A stretch of DNA of 64,000 nucleotides from Gemmatimonadales bacterium (lineage in GTDB: Bacteria; Gemmatimonadota; Gemmatimonadetes; Gemmatimonadales; GWC2-71-9): the NCBI GenBank assembly GCA_044867445.1, contig JBIOUY010000027.1, positions 18,124-82,123 on the forward strand, given 5' to 3'. Below are positions 29,059-37,560 of this stretch, piece by piece. The notes beneath the pieces were generated by a model, which did no database searches, was not told the DNA's origin, and saw only the letters and a program-made list of their open reading frames with translations. Made by a program: the position numbers and the translations under genes. Numbering within the stretch: the first letter of the stretch is position 1; every line of letters begins with the position of its first letter.

Positions 29059-30222
29059 TCACCAGATGAGCATCGCGTCGCCGTAGGAATAGAAGCGATA
29101 GTGGTGGGTCACGGCGTGGTGGTAGGCCGCCATCACCAGCTCGTGTCCCCCGAAGGCGCTCACCAACATGAGGAGCGTGGAACGAGGCAGATGGAAGTTG
29201 GTGAGCAGTCGATCCACCACGCGAAAGTGGTAACCCGGCCTGATCATGAGCGACGTCTCGCCGACGCCGGCACGAACTCGTCCGTCACTCTCGGCGGCGC
29301 TCTCGAGCGCGCGGACTACCGTCGTGCCGACCGCCCAGATCCGACCGCCTTGTTCCCGCACCATCTCCACCAACCCGGCGAGCCGGGGAGTGATCTCGTA
29401 GCGTTCGGGGTGCATCCGGTGCTCCGCCGGATCGTCGGTCTCGACCGGCTTGAAGGTGCCGGGTCCCACCTCCAGGTCGAGTCCACTGATCACCACGCCT
29501 TTGGCCGACAAGGCGTCGAGCAGTTCAGCGGTGAAATGCAGACCGGCGGTGGGGGCGGCCACGCTCCCCTCCCGCCGGGCGTAAACGGTCTGATACCGAT
29601 GGGCGTCAGTTTCAGTCGGCGGCCGGGTGATGTAGGGTGGCAGCGGGATCAGACCGAAGCGGGCGATGGCCTCCGCCGCCGTGGCCCCGACGAATCGCAC
29701 CCGCCGGTTACCGTCCTCGAGGATCTCGACCGTTTCTACCCAGACCTCCGCCCCGAGGGCAATACGCTTGCCCGGCAGCAGGGCGCTGCCCGGCTTTCCC
29801 AGCGCGACCCAGGTCTCGTCCGGCTCGGGGTGAATCAGCAGCACTTCGGCCGGCGCTCCCGAGGGGCGAGTGCCCAGGAGCCGAGCGTGCCGCACCTTGG
29901 TCGTGTTGAGGACCAGGAGGTCACCGGGAGGGATGAGCGACGGCAGTTGAGAGAAGAGGGAATCGACCAGAACCGAGCCGGCCACTGCGCGCTTGTCGCC
30001 GGGTACCGCATGCTGACGAAACGCGCCGCTTGCTCTCCGCTGCGCCGCCCCATCCGTCCGCTGAGTCAAGCGACGCTCGGGATGGCCCGGAATTCTTCGA
30101 TCCGCCCGGATCACAAGCAAGAGCCGACTAGACGCCCGTTCCGGCAGCGGCTCCTGGGCGATGAGCTCGGGCGGAAGGTCGTAATCGAAATCGGCGGTGC
30201 GTCGAGGGGTTTCAGCCGTCAA
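29059..30222 (-). CDS. queA: S-adenosylmethionine:tRNA ribosyltransferase-isomerase
   Basis: [16 protein letters not shown]-terminus and the C-terminal [12 protein letters not shown] motif. Confidence 0.9.
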   Translation of the reverse strand: MTAETPRRTADFDYDLPPELIAQEPLPERASSRLLLVIRADRRIPGHPERRLTQRTDGAAQRRASGAFRQHAVPGDKRAVAGSVLVDSLFSQLPSLIPPGDLLVLNTTKVRHARLLGTRPSGAPAEVLLIHPEPDETWVALGKPGSALLPGKRIALGAEVWVETVEILEDGNRRVRFVGATAAEAIARFGLIPLPPYITRPPTETDAHRYQTVYARREGSVAAPTAGLHFTAELLDALSAKGVVISGLDLEVGPGTFKPVETDDPAEHRMHPERYEITPRLAGLVEMVREQGGRIWAVGTTVVRALESAAESDGRVRAGVGETSLMIRPGYHFRVVDRLLTNFHLPRSTLLMLVSAFGGHELVMAAYHHAVTHHYRFYSYGDAMLIW

Positions 30223-31237
30223 AGATCGTGGTCTGCCCTGGGGGCGGCGTCAGGCCGAAACGGCGGTAGGCCAGTGCGGTGGCGCAGCGTCCCCGAGGGG
30301 TGCGCTCGAGAAACCCCTGCTGTATGAGATAGGGCTCATAAACATCCTGCAGGGTGCCGGCGTCCTCGCCCACGGCGACCGCCACTGTGCCAAGCCCCAC
30401 GGGGCCGCCGCCGAACTTTTCAATGATGGTCGTGAGGATTCTGGCGTCCATGTCGTCCAGTCCGAACTCGTCCACGCTGAGGCGCGCGAGCGCGGCGTCA
30501 GCCACCTCGGCGGTAATGGTCCCGTCGGCTTTGACCTGGGCGTAGTCGCGCACCCGGCGGAGCAGTCGATTGGCCACACGGGGAGTGCCGCGGCTCCGGC
30601 GGGCGATTTCGCTGGCACCGGCAGCTTCCATGGGGACCTGCAGGATCGAGGCGGATCGGGTGACGATCTGGAGCAGCTCCTCCGGAGGATAGAAACCCAA
30701 TCGCTCGACGATTCCGAATCGGGCCCGCATGGGCGGAGTAAGCAGCCCAAAGCGAGTGGTCGCGCCGATCAGCGTAAACCGCTCCAGGTTCATCGGGATG
30801 GTCTGTGCATGAGGACCCTCGGCGATGCGGACGTCCACCCGATAGTCCTCCATGGCCGGATAGAGAAACTCTTCCAGCGCGGGTTTCAGTCGGTGGATTT
30901 CGTCGATGAACAGCATGTCCCCAGGCCCCAGGGAGGTCAGCATTCCGACGAGGTCGCCCGGCTTCTCCAGTACCGGGCCTGAGGTGGTGCGGAGCTGCAC
31001 GCCCATTTCTCTGGCCATCAGGATGGCGAGTGTGGTCTTGCCTAGTCCGGGCGGCCCAAAGAACAAGGTGTGGTCCAGCGTCTCGCGCCGCTGCCGCGCG
31101 GCATCGATGGCGATTTGGAGCGATGCCTTGACCTGCGCCTGGCCGACGAACTCATCCAGGCGCGAGGGACGCAGCGCCGCGTCAGCGCTGGTTTCTTCCG
31201 GCAACGCTTCAGGTGTGGTGACCTGCAACTTGGGCAT
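30212..31237 (-). CDS. ruvB: Holliday junction branch migration DNA helicase RuvB
   Basis: [12 protein letters not shown] and GPPGLGKTT Walker [10 protein letters not shown] Walker B. Confidence 0.95.
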   Translation of the reverse strand: MPKLQVTTPEALPEETSADAALRPSRLDEFVGQAQVKASLQIAIDAARQRRETLDHTLFFGPPGLGKTTLAILMAREMGVQLRTTSGPVLEKPGDLVGMLTSLGPGDMLFIDEIHRLKPALEEFLYPAMEDYRVDVRIAEGPHAQTIPMNLERFTLIGATTRFGLLTPPMRARFGIVERLGFYPPEELLQIVTRSASILQVPMEAAGASEIARRSRGTPRVANRLLRRVRDYAQVKADGTITAEVADAALARLSVDEFGLDDMDARILTTIIEKFGGGPVGLGTVAVAVGEDAGTLQDVYEPYLIQQGFLERTPRGRCATALAYRRFGLTPPPGQTTIFDG

Positions 31238-31250
31238 GGGTGGAAAGTAG

Positions 31251-31500
31251 CAGCAAGAAGTAAGAAGTAAGAAGTAAGAATGTGAGAGGTGAGGAGTAAG
31301 GAGTAAGGAGCAAGGAGTGAGGAGTGAGGAGCAGGGTTAGTCCTCCTCATCCCGAGCGTAGGCCAGGGATCTGCTCAGCTGTCATCGCGACCCGCCGAGC
31401 AGACCCCTCCGTCAGGTACGCTCCCTCGGGATGACGAACCCGTTCAGTGGGTCACTCCTCACTCCTCACTCCTCACTCCTTAATTCTCACTGCTCACTGC
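31251..31500. repeat. paired inverted heptamer-array module D (GAAGTAA/GGAGTGA type), between the zinc-ribbon ORF and ruvB
   Basis: The left arm at 31251-31334 has about 12 units. The right arm at 31453-31500 is CACTCCT units followed by CACTGCT units. The core is itself a nested inverted repeat: cctcatcccgagcg at 31345 pairs with cgctccctcgggatgacg ending at 31436. Confidence 0.9.
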
Positions 31501-31676
31501 TTTTCTTGCAGCCTCGCCGTCCAGCGCACCGGTCGCTCGCCCGGCTGAATGAAGTGCCGGGCACCACAGTGGGAACACCGGTCGGTCAGCTGGATCGCGC
31601 GCGCCGGCACCAGTTTGCGATTGGTAGTTCCGCAGCGAGTGCAGTTCCACTCGGCGGTCACGGCAGCAACCGGCAT
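31494..31676 (-). CDS. small zinc-ribbon protein (CxxC...CxxC)
   Basis: 60 aa with CTRCG...CSHCG. It fills the gap between ruvA and module D, and its stop lies inside the right arm of the module. Confidence 0.5.
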   Translation of the reverse strand: MPVAAVTAEWNCTRCGTTNRKLVPARAIQLTDRCSHCGARHFIQPGERPVRWTARLQEKQ

Positions 31677-31682
31677 GAAGAG

Positions 31683-32282
31683 TTACTTCCCCGCTCGAAC
31701 CGCGCCGAGCTGCTGGAGCGCGCGGCGGATGAGCTGCGAGGTGTCTTGAGAGGCGCCGGACGCGAGCGCGGCGCGGACCGCGTCTTCTGCGGGCCCCGCG
31801 CCGTAGCCCAGCCCGATGAGCGCGGTTACGGCCTCGCCGGCGCCGCTGGGAGCCGGAGCCGGGGGCTCGAGCCCCACGTCGCCAAACCGGTCCTGCAGCT
31901 CGAGGACCAAGCGTTCGGCCTTCTTCCTCCCAATACCACCAACCGAGCTCAGCGCGGCCAGATCACGAGAGCGGATACTCCGTACGGTCCGCTCGGCTCC
32001 GAGCGCCGAGAGCAGCGCCAACGCCAGCTTGGGCCCGAAGCCGCTCGCGCCGAGCAGGCGCTGGAACACGATACGCTCGGAGGGCCGGTCGAACCCAAAG
32101 AGCGACCAGCCGTCTTCCTTGACCACGAGCTCGGTATGAAGGCTGACCCGTGCGCCTTTGCCGGGCAGGCGCTCCGCCACGCCCAGCGGCAGGGTCAGCG
32201 CGTAGCCCACCCCGCCGTCGGTCTGTACCACAATAGTGTCGCCCTCGCGCTCGACCAGGACCCCGGCGACTATAGCGATCAT
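31683..32282 (-). CDS. ruvA: Holliday junction DNA helicase RuvA
   Basis: MIAIVAGVLVE... OB-fold N-terminus. HhH motifs (LLGASGFGPKLALALLS, LSSVGGIGRKKAERL). Confidence 0.9.
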   Translation of the reverse strand: MIAIVAGVLVEREGDTIVVQTDGGVGYALTLPLGVAERLPGKGARVSLHTELVVKEDGWSLFGFDRPSERIVFQRLLGASGFGPKLALALLSALGAERTVRSIRSRDLAALSSVGGIGRKKAERLVLELQDRFGDVGLEPPAPAPSGAGEAVTALIGLGYGAGPAEDAVRAALASGASQDTSQLIRRALQQLGAVRAGK

Positions 32283-32791
32283 CGCGCGCCGGTGACCTGG
32301 CGGAAGAAGACCGCCTGACGGGTTGCGATCAGCAGATGGGTCAGTGCGACAGCTACTCCGTCCGCCGCGTCACCTGGCGACGGCGGACCCTTGAGACGCA
32401 GCAGTTGGGCTACCATGTAGGCCACTTGCGGCTTGAGCGCGGCACCCTTTCCTACGATCGTCTTCTTGACCAGCGCTGGTGAGTATTCCGCGATGCTGAC
32501 GCCTGCCTCTTCGGCTGCCAAAAGGATCACTCCCCGGGCATGGCTCAGGACCACCGTGGTCCGGACGTTCTTGGCGTAGAACGCACTCTCCACCGCGACG
32601 GCCTGGGGCGCGTGGCGATCGATCAGTTCCGCCATACCGTCGTGGATGACCCGCAAGCGGGTGGGGAGAGGATCGCGCGGAGTTGTGGTGAGCGTTCCGC
32701 ACTCCATCAGCCGGAGGTGCGATCCCGAGCCGCCCTCCACCACCCCGTACCCGAGGACCGTGGTGCCCGGGTCGATGCCAAGCACCCTCAC
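32279..32791 (-). CDS. ruvC: crossover junction endodeoxyribonuclease RuvC
   Basis: VLGIDPGT catalytic Asp motif. Start moved to the GTG at 32791, which removes overlap with the yebC stop at 32802. Confidence 0.85.
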   Translation of the reverse strand: MRVLGIDPGTTVLGYGVVEGGSGSHLRLMECGTLTTTPRDPLPTRLRVIHDGMAELIDRHAPQAVAVESAFYAKNVRTTVVLSHARGVILLAAEEAGVSIAEYSPALVKKTIVGKGAALKPQVAYMVAQLLRLKGPPSPGDAADGVAVALTHLLIATRQAVFFRQVTGAR

Positions 32792-32801
32792 CGCCCGACT
32801 C

Positions 32802-33551
32802 TCAGGCTTGGGCCTCGGCCAGCTGGGCAGCGTCGATATCGAAGTTGGAGAAGACCTTGGAGACGTCATCCAGCTCCTCCAGCGTCTCCACCAACCGAAG
32901 GATCCGTTCGGCGTCCGTGCCTTCCACTTTCACGGTGCTCTTGGGCACCATCGCGAGCTCGGCGGAATCGATGGCGAAGCCGCGCGACTTGAGCGCGTCC
33001 TGCACGGCGTGGAACATGGAGGGAGTCGTGGTGATCACGTATTGATCGCCCTCTTTGGCAAAGTCCTCGGCTCCTGCATCGAGGGCGGCTTCGAGGGTGG
33101 AGTCCTCGTCGCGCCGCGCCGCGTCGAGATAGATCTGTCCCTTTCGGTCGAACATCCAAGCGACGGAGTTGGTTGCGCCGAGGTTGCCACCGTTACGACT
33201 GAACGCATGGCGAATCTCGGCCACGGTCCGGTTGGCATTGTCGGTCGTCACTTCGATGAAGATTGCCGCCCCGCCAGGCCCGTACCCCTCGTAGGTCAGC
33301 TCCTCGTAGATACTGCCTTCGAGCTCGCCGGTGCCCTTCTTGATAGCCCGATCGATATTGTCGTTAGGCATGTTCACCGCCTTCGCCGCATCGATGGCGG
33401 TGCGAAGGCGAGGGTTACCGCCAGGGTCGCCGCCGGCGCTCTTGGCGGCTACGGTGATCTCACGAATGACCTTGGTCCAGGAGGAGGCTCGGCGCGCGTC
33501 GGTGACGGCCTTCTTGCGCTTGATCTGCTTCCATTTGCTGTGTCCGGCCAT
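32802..33551 (-). CDS. YebC/PmpR-family DNA-binding transcriptional regulator
   Basis: MAGHSKWKQIKRKK N-terminus; 249 aa. Confidence 0.9.
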   Translation of the reverse strand: MAGHSKWKQIKRKKAVTDARRASSWTKVIREITVAAKSAGGDPGGNPRLRTAIDAAKAVNMPNDNIDRAIKKGTGELEGSIYEELTYEGYGPGGAAIFIEVTTDNANRTVAEIRHAFSRNGGNLGATNSVAWMFDRKGQIYLDAARRDEDSTLEAALDAGAEDFAKEGDQYVITTTPSMFHAVQDALKSRGFAIDSAELAMVPKSTVKVEGTDAERILRLVETLEELDDVSKVFSNFDIDAAQLAEAQA

Positions 33552-33674
33552 GGCCGAACTCCTTCACGCTAACGATGTTGGGCGGGCGGCAACGGGGGGC
33601 GCCGGCGGCTCGGCGCATCGGCGGAAACATAAGCCGGACAGCCGCTTGCGGCAACGCGGCGGAGCGCTTCACCC

Positions 33675-33703
33675 TTGACCCATCGAGGCCGCCCTGGTAG
33701 TCT
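33675..33703 (+). promoter_or_regulatory. candidate sigma-70-type promoter for the lipoprotein gene
   Basis: TTGACC (33675-33680), a 17-nt spacer, then TAGTCT (33698-33703). It sits about 10 nt upstream of the ATG at 33713. This is sequence resemblance only. Confidence 0.3.
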
Positions 33704-33712
33704 CCCAGCCCT

Positions 33713-34132
33713 ATGCTCCCCGCCAAAATTCATGGTGCCCTGGTGCTCTGCCTGCTGCTGGTCGCCTGCCGCGACCGCACCCCGCACACGCCCAAGATTG
33801 CAGAGGTTTTCCCCAACCTTCCTCTTCCCCCGGAACCGAGCTTCGTGTCGCGTGCCGGCGGACCAGACGCCCTCCAGTTCACTTTCCGATCGCCGGCACC
33901 GGCAGACCAGGTCGCGGCCTATTATCGCAAGGTGTTTAAGCAAGGTGGATGGAAGCTGGTCAGCGATGCCAAAGATGCCGATGGGGCTGTGGTCCTCTTG
34001 GCTGAGCAGAAGGGACCACCGCTCTGGGTTCGCATTCGGAAGTCGGATGATGGCCATAGCACGGTGGTCGAGCTCGCCGGAGCAGTGGTGGCCAAGAAGG
34101 ACAGCACTGGCGCTCGCAAACCGACCTCATGA
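33713..34132 (+). CDS. hypothetical lipoprotein
   Basis: Signal peptide with lipobox (ALVLCLLLVAC). 139 aa; no family recognised. Confidence 0.6.
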   Translation: MLPAKIHGALVLCLLLVACRDRTPHTPKIAEVFPNLPLPPEPSFVSRAGGPDALQFTFRSPAPADQVAAYYRKVFKQGGWKLVSDAKDADGAVVLLAEQKGPPLWVRIRKSDDGHSTVVELAGAVVAKKDSTGARKPTS

Positions 34133-34143
34133 GGCGCTGACGC

Positions 34144-34306
34144 TCAGGTGGACGGGTTCTTAGCGATGATGAGCTCGGTGCCGTCTTCGACACCCTGGCC
34201 CGGCCGGTAGATCTCCTCCCGGTAGATCGCCAACACCACAATCCGCATTCTGTTTGATCGCGCCTAACCCGCCGAGATCGTCAAGTATCGGCGGGGACCG
34301 CCGCGC
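34144..34306 (-). pseudogene. decayed C-terminal fragment of a DnaB-type replicative helicase (frameshifted and truncated)
   Basis: The minus strand reads ...RRSPPILDDLGGLGAIKQNAD, then after a 1-nt frame change IVVLAIYREEIYRPGQGVEDGTELIIAKNPST*. This parallels the DnaB C-terminus [30 protein letters not shown]....GIAEIIIGKQRNGP. A TAA lies directly upstream in the first frame. Confidence 0.6.
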
Positions 34307-34717
34307 TTAGGTCCGATGTCGGGGAGCTGCGCTCGGGCGATGATGAAGCGTAGCCCGGGCAGCTCGGGCTGCCTGAGCCACGGCGTCCCCTGCCTCAGGA
34401 CCACCGGATTCCCGAGCCGGTGCCACCAACTGGCTCAGCACCTGAGCAGCGACTTCAGGGCTCGCCACTCGGAGTTGGCTCATGGCCGCGCTCAGCGCGC
34501 GCCGCAGCGGCGGTGGTATGGTGAGACTGGAAAGTCGATGCTCGAGAGCTTGAAGACGACGTCGATGAGCGCGGTCGCTGGGGGGAGGGTCCTGCAGCAG
34601 GTCCTGGGCAACCCGCAGGGTGAGCCACAAGGCGAAGATTCCCTCCCGGCGTGGCCCTCGGCCTGTTTGAGGCAGGAGAGTGAGTAACTCGGTGGCCGAG
34701 GGGTCCCAGCCGGTCAT
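34307..34717 (-). CDS. hypothetical protein (may be non-functional or part of the decayed helicase region)
   Basis: The ATG at 34717 overlaps the GT9 stop. The sequence is Ala/Arg/Pro-rich with no family. The weak VLSQLVAPARESGG resemblance to DnaB ALSQLNRAVEQRGG is not convincing. Confidence 0.35.
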   Translation of the reverse strand: MTGWDPSATELLTLLPQTGRGPRREGIFALWLTLRVAQDLLQDPPPSDRAHRRRLQALEHRLSSLTIPPPLRRALSAAMSQLRVASPEVAAQVLSQLVAPARESGGPEAGDAVAQAARAARATLHHRPSAAPRHRT

Positions 34718-35721
34718 GCGATGCTCCGCCGCAGGGCATCGAACACCGAGGCTGGTGTGATCTCTTTCATGCAGCGGTGATGACCCTCTGGACACACTGG
34801 CCCTCCCATCGCACTACAAGGGCGACAGGGGAGAGTGGTCTCCAGGACCTCGGCCGCCTGGCCGTAGGGAAAGAAGCCGAATGCGCGCACCGTCGGTCCG
34901 AAGAGGGCAACGAGCGGCGTGCCAACGCCGGTGGCCATGTGCATGACTCCGGTGTCGCCGCTGATCAGCACCCGAGCGTGCGCGAGAAGCGCTCCGGTCC
35001 CCTGGAGCCCGAACCGGCCCGCAGCCCTCCACGTCCGCTCCCGATGGTCTCGAGCCAGCTCGTCGGCCAGCTCGGCATCGTCCGGACCGCCCACGATCAC
35101 CACGTCCATGCCTGCGCAAACCACGCTGTGGAGCAGCCGGGACCAGTAGTCCATAGGCCACCGCTTGGTATGGTGCGCTGCCCCAGGCGCGATGGCGACT
35201 AAGGGACGGCCGGGATGGAGGCCCTGGGCCACCAGCCAGGCGGCGGCCTCATCGCGCGCCCGCCTGGCCAGGAAGAATTCGGGCGACTTGCCGTCGGGGT
35301 GCACATCCAGGTCTCGCGCCGCGTCGAAGTAGCGCTCGGGCACCGGACGAACGTCGCGGTACCGGTTTCGTTTGGTATGGATCAGGAGGGCCCGGCGGAT
35401 GCGGTGCTTCGGGTAGGTCCGCCAGGGACCAGGCACCATAGCGCGCAGCAGCTGGCTGCGCACGCTGTCGTGCAAATCGAGCAGATGGGTAAAGCCCTCG
35501 GCGCGCAGCTCGGCTGCGATGCGGACCAGCGAGCCCGAGGGATCGAGGGCCATGACCCGATTGATCCGCGGATTGTCGCTGAGCAGCGGCGCAAATGCCC
35601 GCTTGGTGAGCACTGTGATCCGGGCTTCCGGATGGCGTTGGCGGATGCTTCGCAACAGCGGCGTGGTGAGCAGCACATCGCCGATGGAGCTGAACCGGAC
35701 CACGAGGACGTTCGGGAGCAT
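34714..35721 (-). CDS. glycosyltransferase family 9 (LPS heptosyltransferase-like)
   Basis: VVRFSSIGDVLLTTPLLRSIRQRHPEARITVLT N-terminus and the C-terminal GDTGVMHMA motif. Start set at MLPNVLVV (35721); the ORF-track extension reads through module E. Confidence 0.85.
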   Translation of the reverse strand: MLPNVLVVRFSSIGDVLLTTPLLRSIRQRHPEARITVLTKRAFAPLLSDNPRINRVMALDPSGSLVRIAAELRAEGFTHLLDLHDSVRSQLLRAMVPGPWRTYPKHRIRRALLIHTKRNRYRDVRPVPERYFDAARDLDVHPDGKSPEFFLARRARDEAAAWLVAQGLHPGRPLVAIAPGAAHHTKRWPMDYWSRLLHSVVCAGMDVVIVGGPDDAELADELARDHRERTWRAAGRFGLQGTGALLAHARVLISGDTGVMHMATGVGTPLVALFGPTVRAFGFFPYGQAAEVLETTLPCRPCSAMGGPVCPEGHHRCMKEITPASVFDALRRSIA

Positions 35722-35740
35722 GGGCCGAGAGGAATGTACA

Positions 35741-35964
35741 GCAGGGGAGCAGGAAGTGAGAGGTGAGAGGTGACGGAGGGGCAGCGAGGGATCTGGGCCG
35801 GCTGCATCAAAGTCGGCGAGTAGATCCCTCGGTCGCTTGTGCTCCGTCGCTGCGCTCGGGGCACGCTCCTCGGGATTGCGCTCGGGGCATGCTCCTCGGG
35901 ATGAGGATTCACTCCGCACTCCTCACTCCTCACTTCTCACTTCTTACTTCTTACTTCTTACTGC
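35741..35964. repeat. paired inverted heptamer-array module E (GTGAGAG / CTCACTT, CTTACTT type) in a divergent promoter region
   Basis: Left arm at 35741-35779 and right arm at 35910-35964. The core holds gcagcgagggatct (35781) inverted against agatccctcggtcgc (35822). It also holds three tandem GCGCTCGGG/GCTCCTCGGGAT-like copies. Confidence 0.9.
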
Positions 35965-35992
35965 CCTCTTCTCACCCCGTTAAGTTTCAGTC

Positions 35993-37558
35993 ATGCCACG
36001 GCCCAAGAGCATTCTGTGGGTGGACGACGAGGTCGAGAGCCTCACGTCACATATCCTGTTCCTGGAAGAGCAGGGGTTTGCGGTTGAGACCAGCCCGCAC
36101 GGCGATGACGCGCTCGTGCTCCTGCAACGCCAGCCCTACGGTGTGGTGTTGCTGGATGAGCACATGCCCGGCCGTCGCGGGCTCGAGCTCTTCCGCGCGA
36201 TCCGTTCCATCGATCACGGCATGCCGGTCGTGATGGTAACCAAGAGCGAGGAGACCGAGACCCTCAAGGACGCGATCGGCGCGGACATCTCGGACTATCT
36301 CATCAAGCCGGTCAATCCCCGGCAGATTCTCTCGGTGGTGACCCGCCTGCTCGACGGCGATCGGATCCGGCAGCAGCGGCTCTCTCGCGACTTCGCCACC
36401 CGCTTTCGCGAGCTCGAGGCGCGGCGGGGTGGTCCGCTAGCCTGGCGAGAGTGGGTCGAGCTGGTGGCCGAGCTCGCCGAGTGGGAGGTGCGGCTGGGAC
36501 AGGCCGACGAGCCGGGCTTGCAGGACGCGCTCCGCACCCTGCAGGACAGTCTGCGGCAGGACTTCGCCCGATACCTCGAGCGCAACTATGCCCGGTGGCT
36601 GCACGACGGCGACAGCGACCGCCCTCCGCTCTCGGTCGACATCGGGGCCGAATTTCTGCGGCCGGTGCTCGACCGGCACGGCAAGGCGCTGCTGGTGGTG
36701 GTCGACTGTCTCCGCCTCGACCAGTGGGCCATGATTCGGCCGCTCATCAGTTCCCGCTTCGACATCGAGACGGCGCATTACTTCTCGATTCTCCCCACGG
36801 CGACTCCCTTCGCGCGCAACGCGATCTTCAGCGGACTCTTTCCCGCCGAGATCAAGGCCCGGTACCCGCGGTGGTGGACCGACCAGGAGGAGGCCAGCCT
36901 CAACGCGCACGAGGCGGAGCTGCTCACCGAACAGCTCAAGGAGATCACCGGGCGCTCCGTACCGGTGCATTACGAGAAAGTCTTCACCGCCGCGGATGGT
37001 GATGGACTGCTCCGGCGGCTCCCGGCACACCTGGCTCAGGAGGGCGTGACCGCGCTGGTCTTCAACTTCATCGATCAGCTCACCCACGGTCGAACCGAGA
37101 ATTCGACGTTGTTCGAGGTGGCGCGCGATACCCCGGCGCTGCGGAATCTGACACGAACCTGGTTCGAGCGTTCACCCCTCTGGGACGCGCTTCGCGAGGC
37201 GGAGCGGCGTGGGGTGCCGGTACTGCTCACCACCGACCACGGCTCAATTCATTGCCATACCCCGGCGACGGTGTACGCCAAGCGTGACACCACCTCGAAC
37301 CTGCGCTACAAGTTCGGCGATGATCTGCGGGCCCAGGAGGCTGATGCTGCAGTGGTGGTGGACAACCTGCCCAGCTTCGGCCTGCCCCCACGAACACCGG
37401 GGACCAGGCTGCTCCTCGCGACCGGTGATCGGTTCTTCGTCTACCCCACGAAGCTGCGGGAGTACCAGGCACGCTATCGTGGGGCCTTCCTCCACGGCGG
37501 GGTCTCTCCCGAGGAAGTGATCCTGCCGATCGCGTTGCTCACTCCACGACACGGCTAG
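35993..37558 (+). CDS. PorX-like orphan response regulator: REC domain fused to a PglZ/alkaline-phosphatase-superfamily domain
   Basis: ILWVDDEVESLTSHILFLEEQGF...LLDEHMPG receiver domain. The C-terminal portion of about 380 aa has the PglZ pattern (VVVDCLRLDQW..., TDHGS). Its 521 aa length matches the PorX family. Confidence 0.7.
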   Translation: MPRPKSILWVDDEVESLTSHILFLEEQGFAVETSPHGDDALVLLQRQPYGVVLLDEHMPGRRGLELFRAIRSIDHGMPVVMVTKSEETETLKDAIGADISDYLIKPVNPRQILSVVTRLLDGDRIRQQRLSRDFATRFRELEARRGGPLAWREWVELVAELAEWEVRLGQADEPGLQDALRTLQDSLRQDFARYLERNYARWLHDGDSDRPPLSVDIGAEFLRPVLDRHGKALLVVVDCLRLDQWAMIRPLISSRFDIETAHYFSILPTATPFARNAIFSGLFPAEIKARYPRWWTDQEEASLNAHEAELLTEQLKEITGRSVPVHYEKVFTAADGDGLLRRLPAHLAQEGVTALVFNFIDQLTHGRTENSTLFEVARDTPALRNLTRTWFERSPLWDALREAERRGVPVLLTTDHGSIHCHTPATVYAKRDTTSNLRYKFGDDLRAQEADAAVVVDNLPSFGLPPRTPGTRLLLATGDRFFVYPTKLREYQARYRGAFLHGGVSPEEVILPIALLTPRHG

Positions 37559-37560
37559 CC

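Noticed and set aside
35993-37558. The PglZ domain as evidence of a BREX or other phage-defence system.
   Set aside because: No pglX/brxC/brxA/brxL-type genes are nearby. The PglZ domain is fused to a receiver domain, as in PorX-type response regulators, and sits in a glycan biosynthesis locus.
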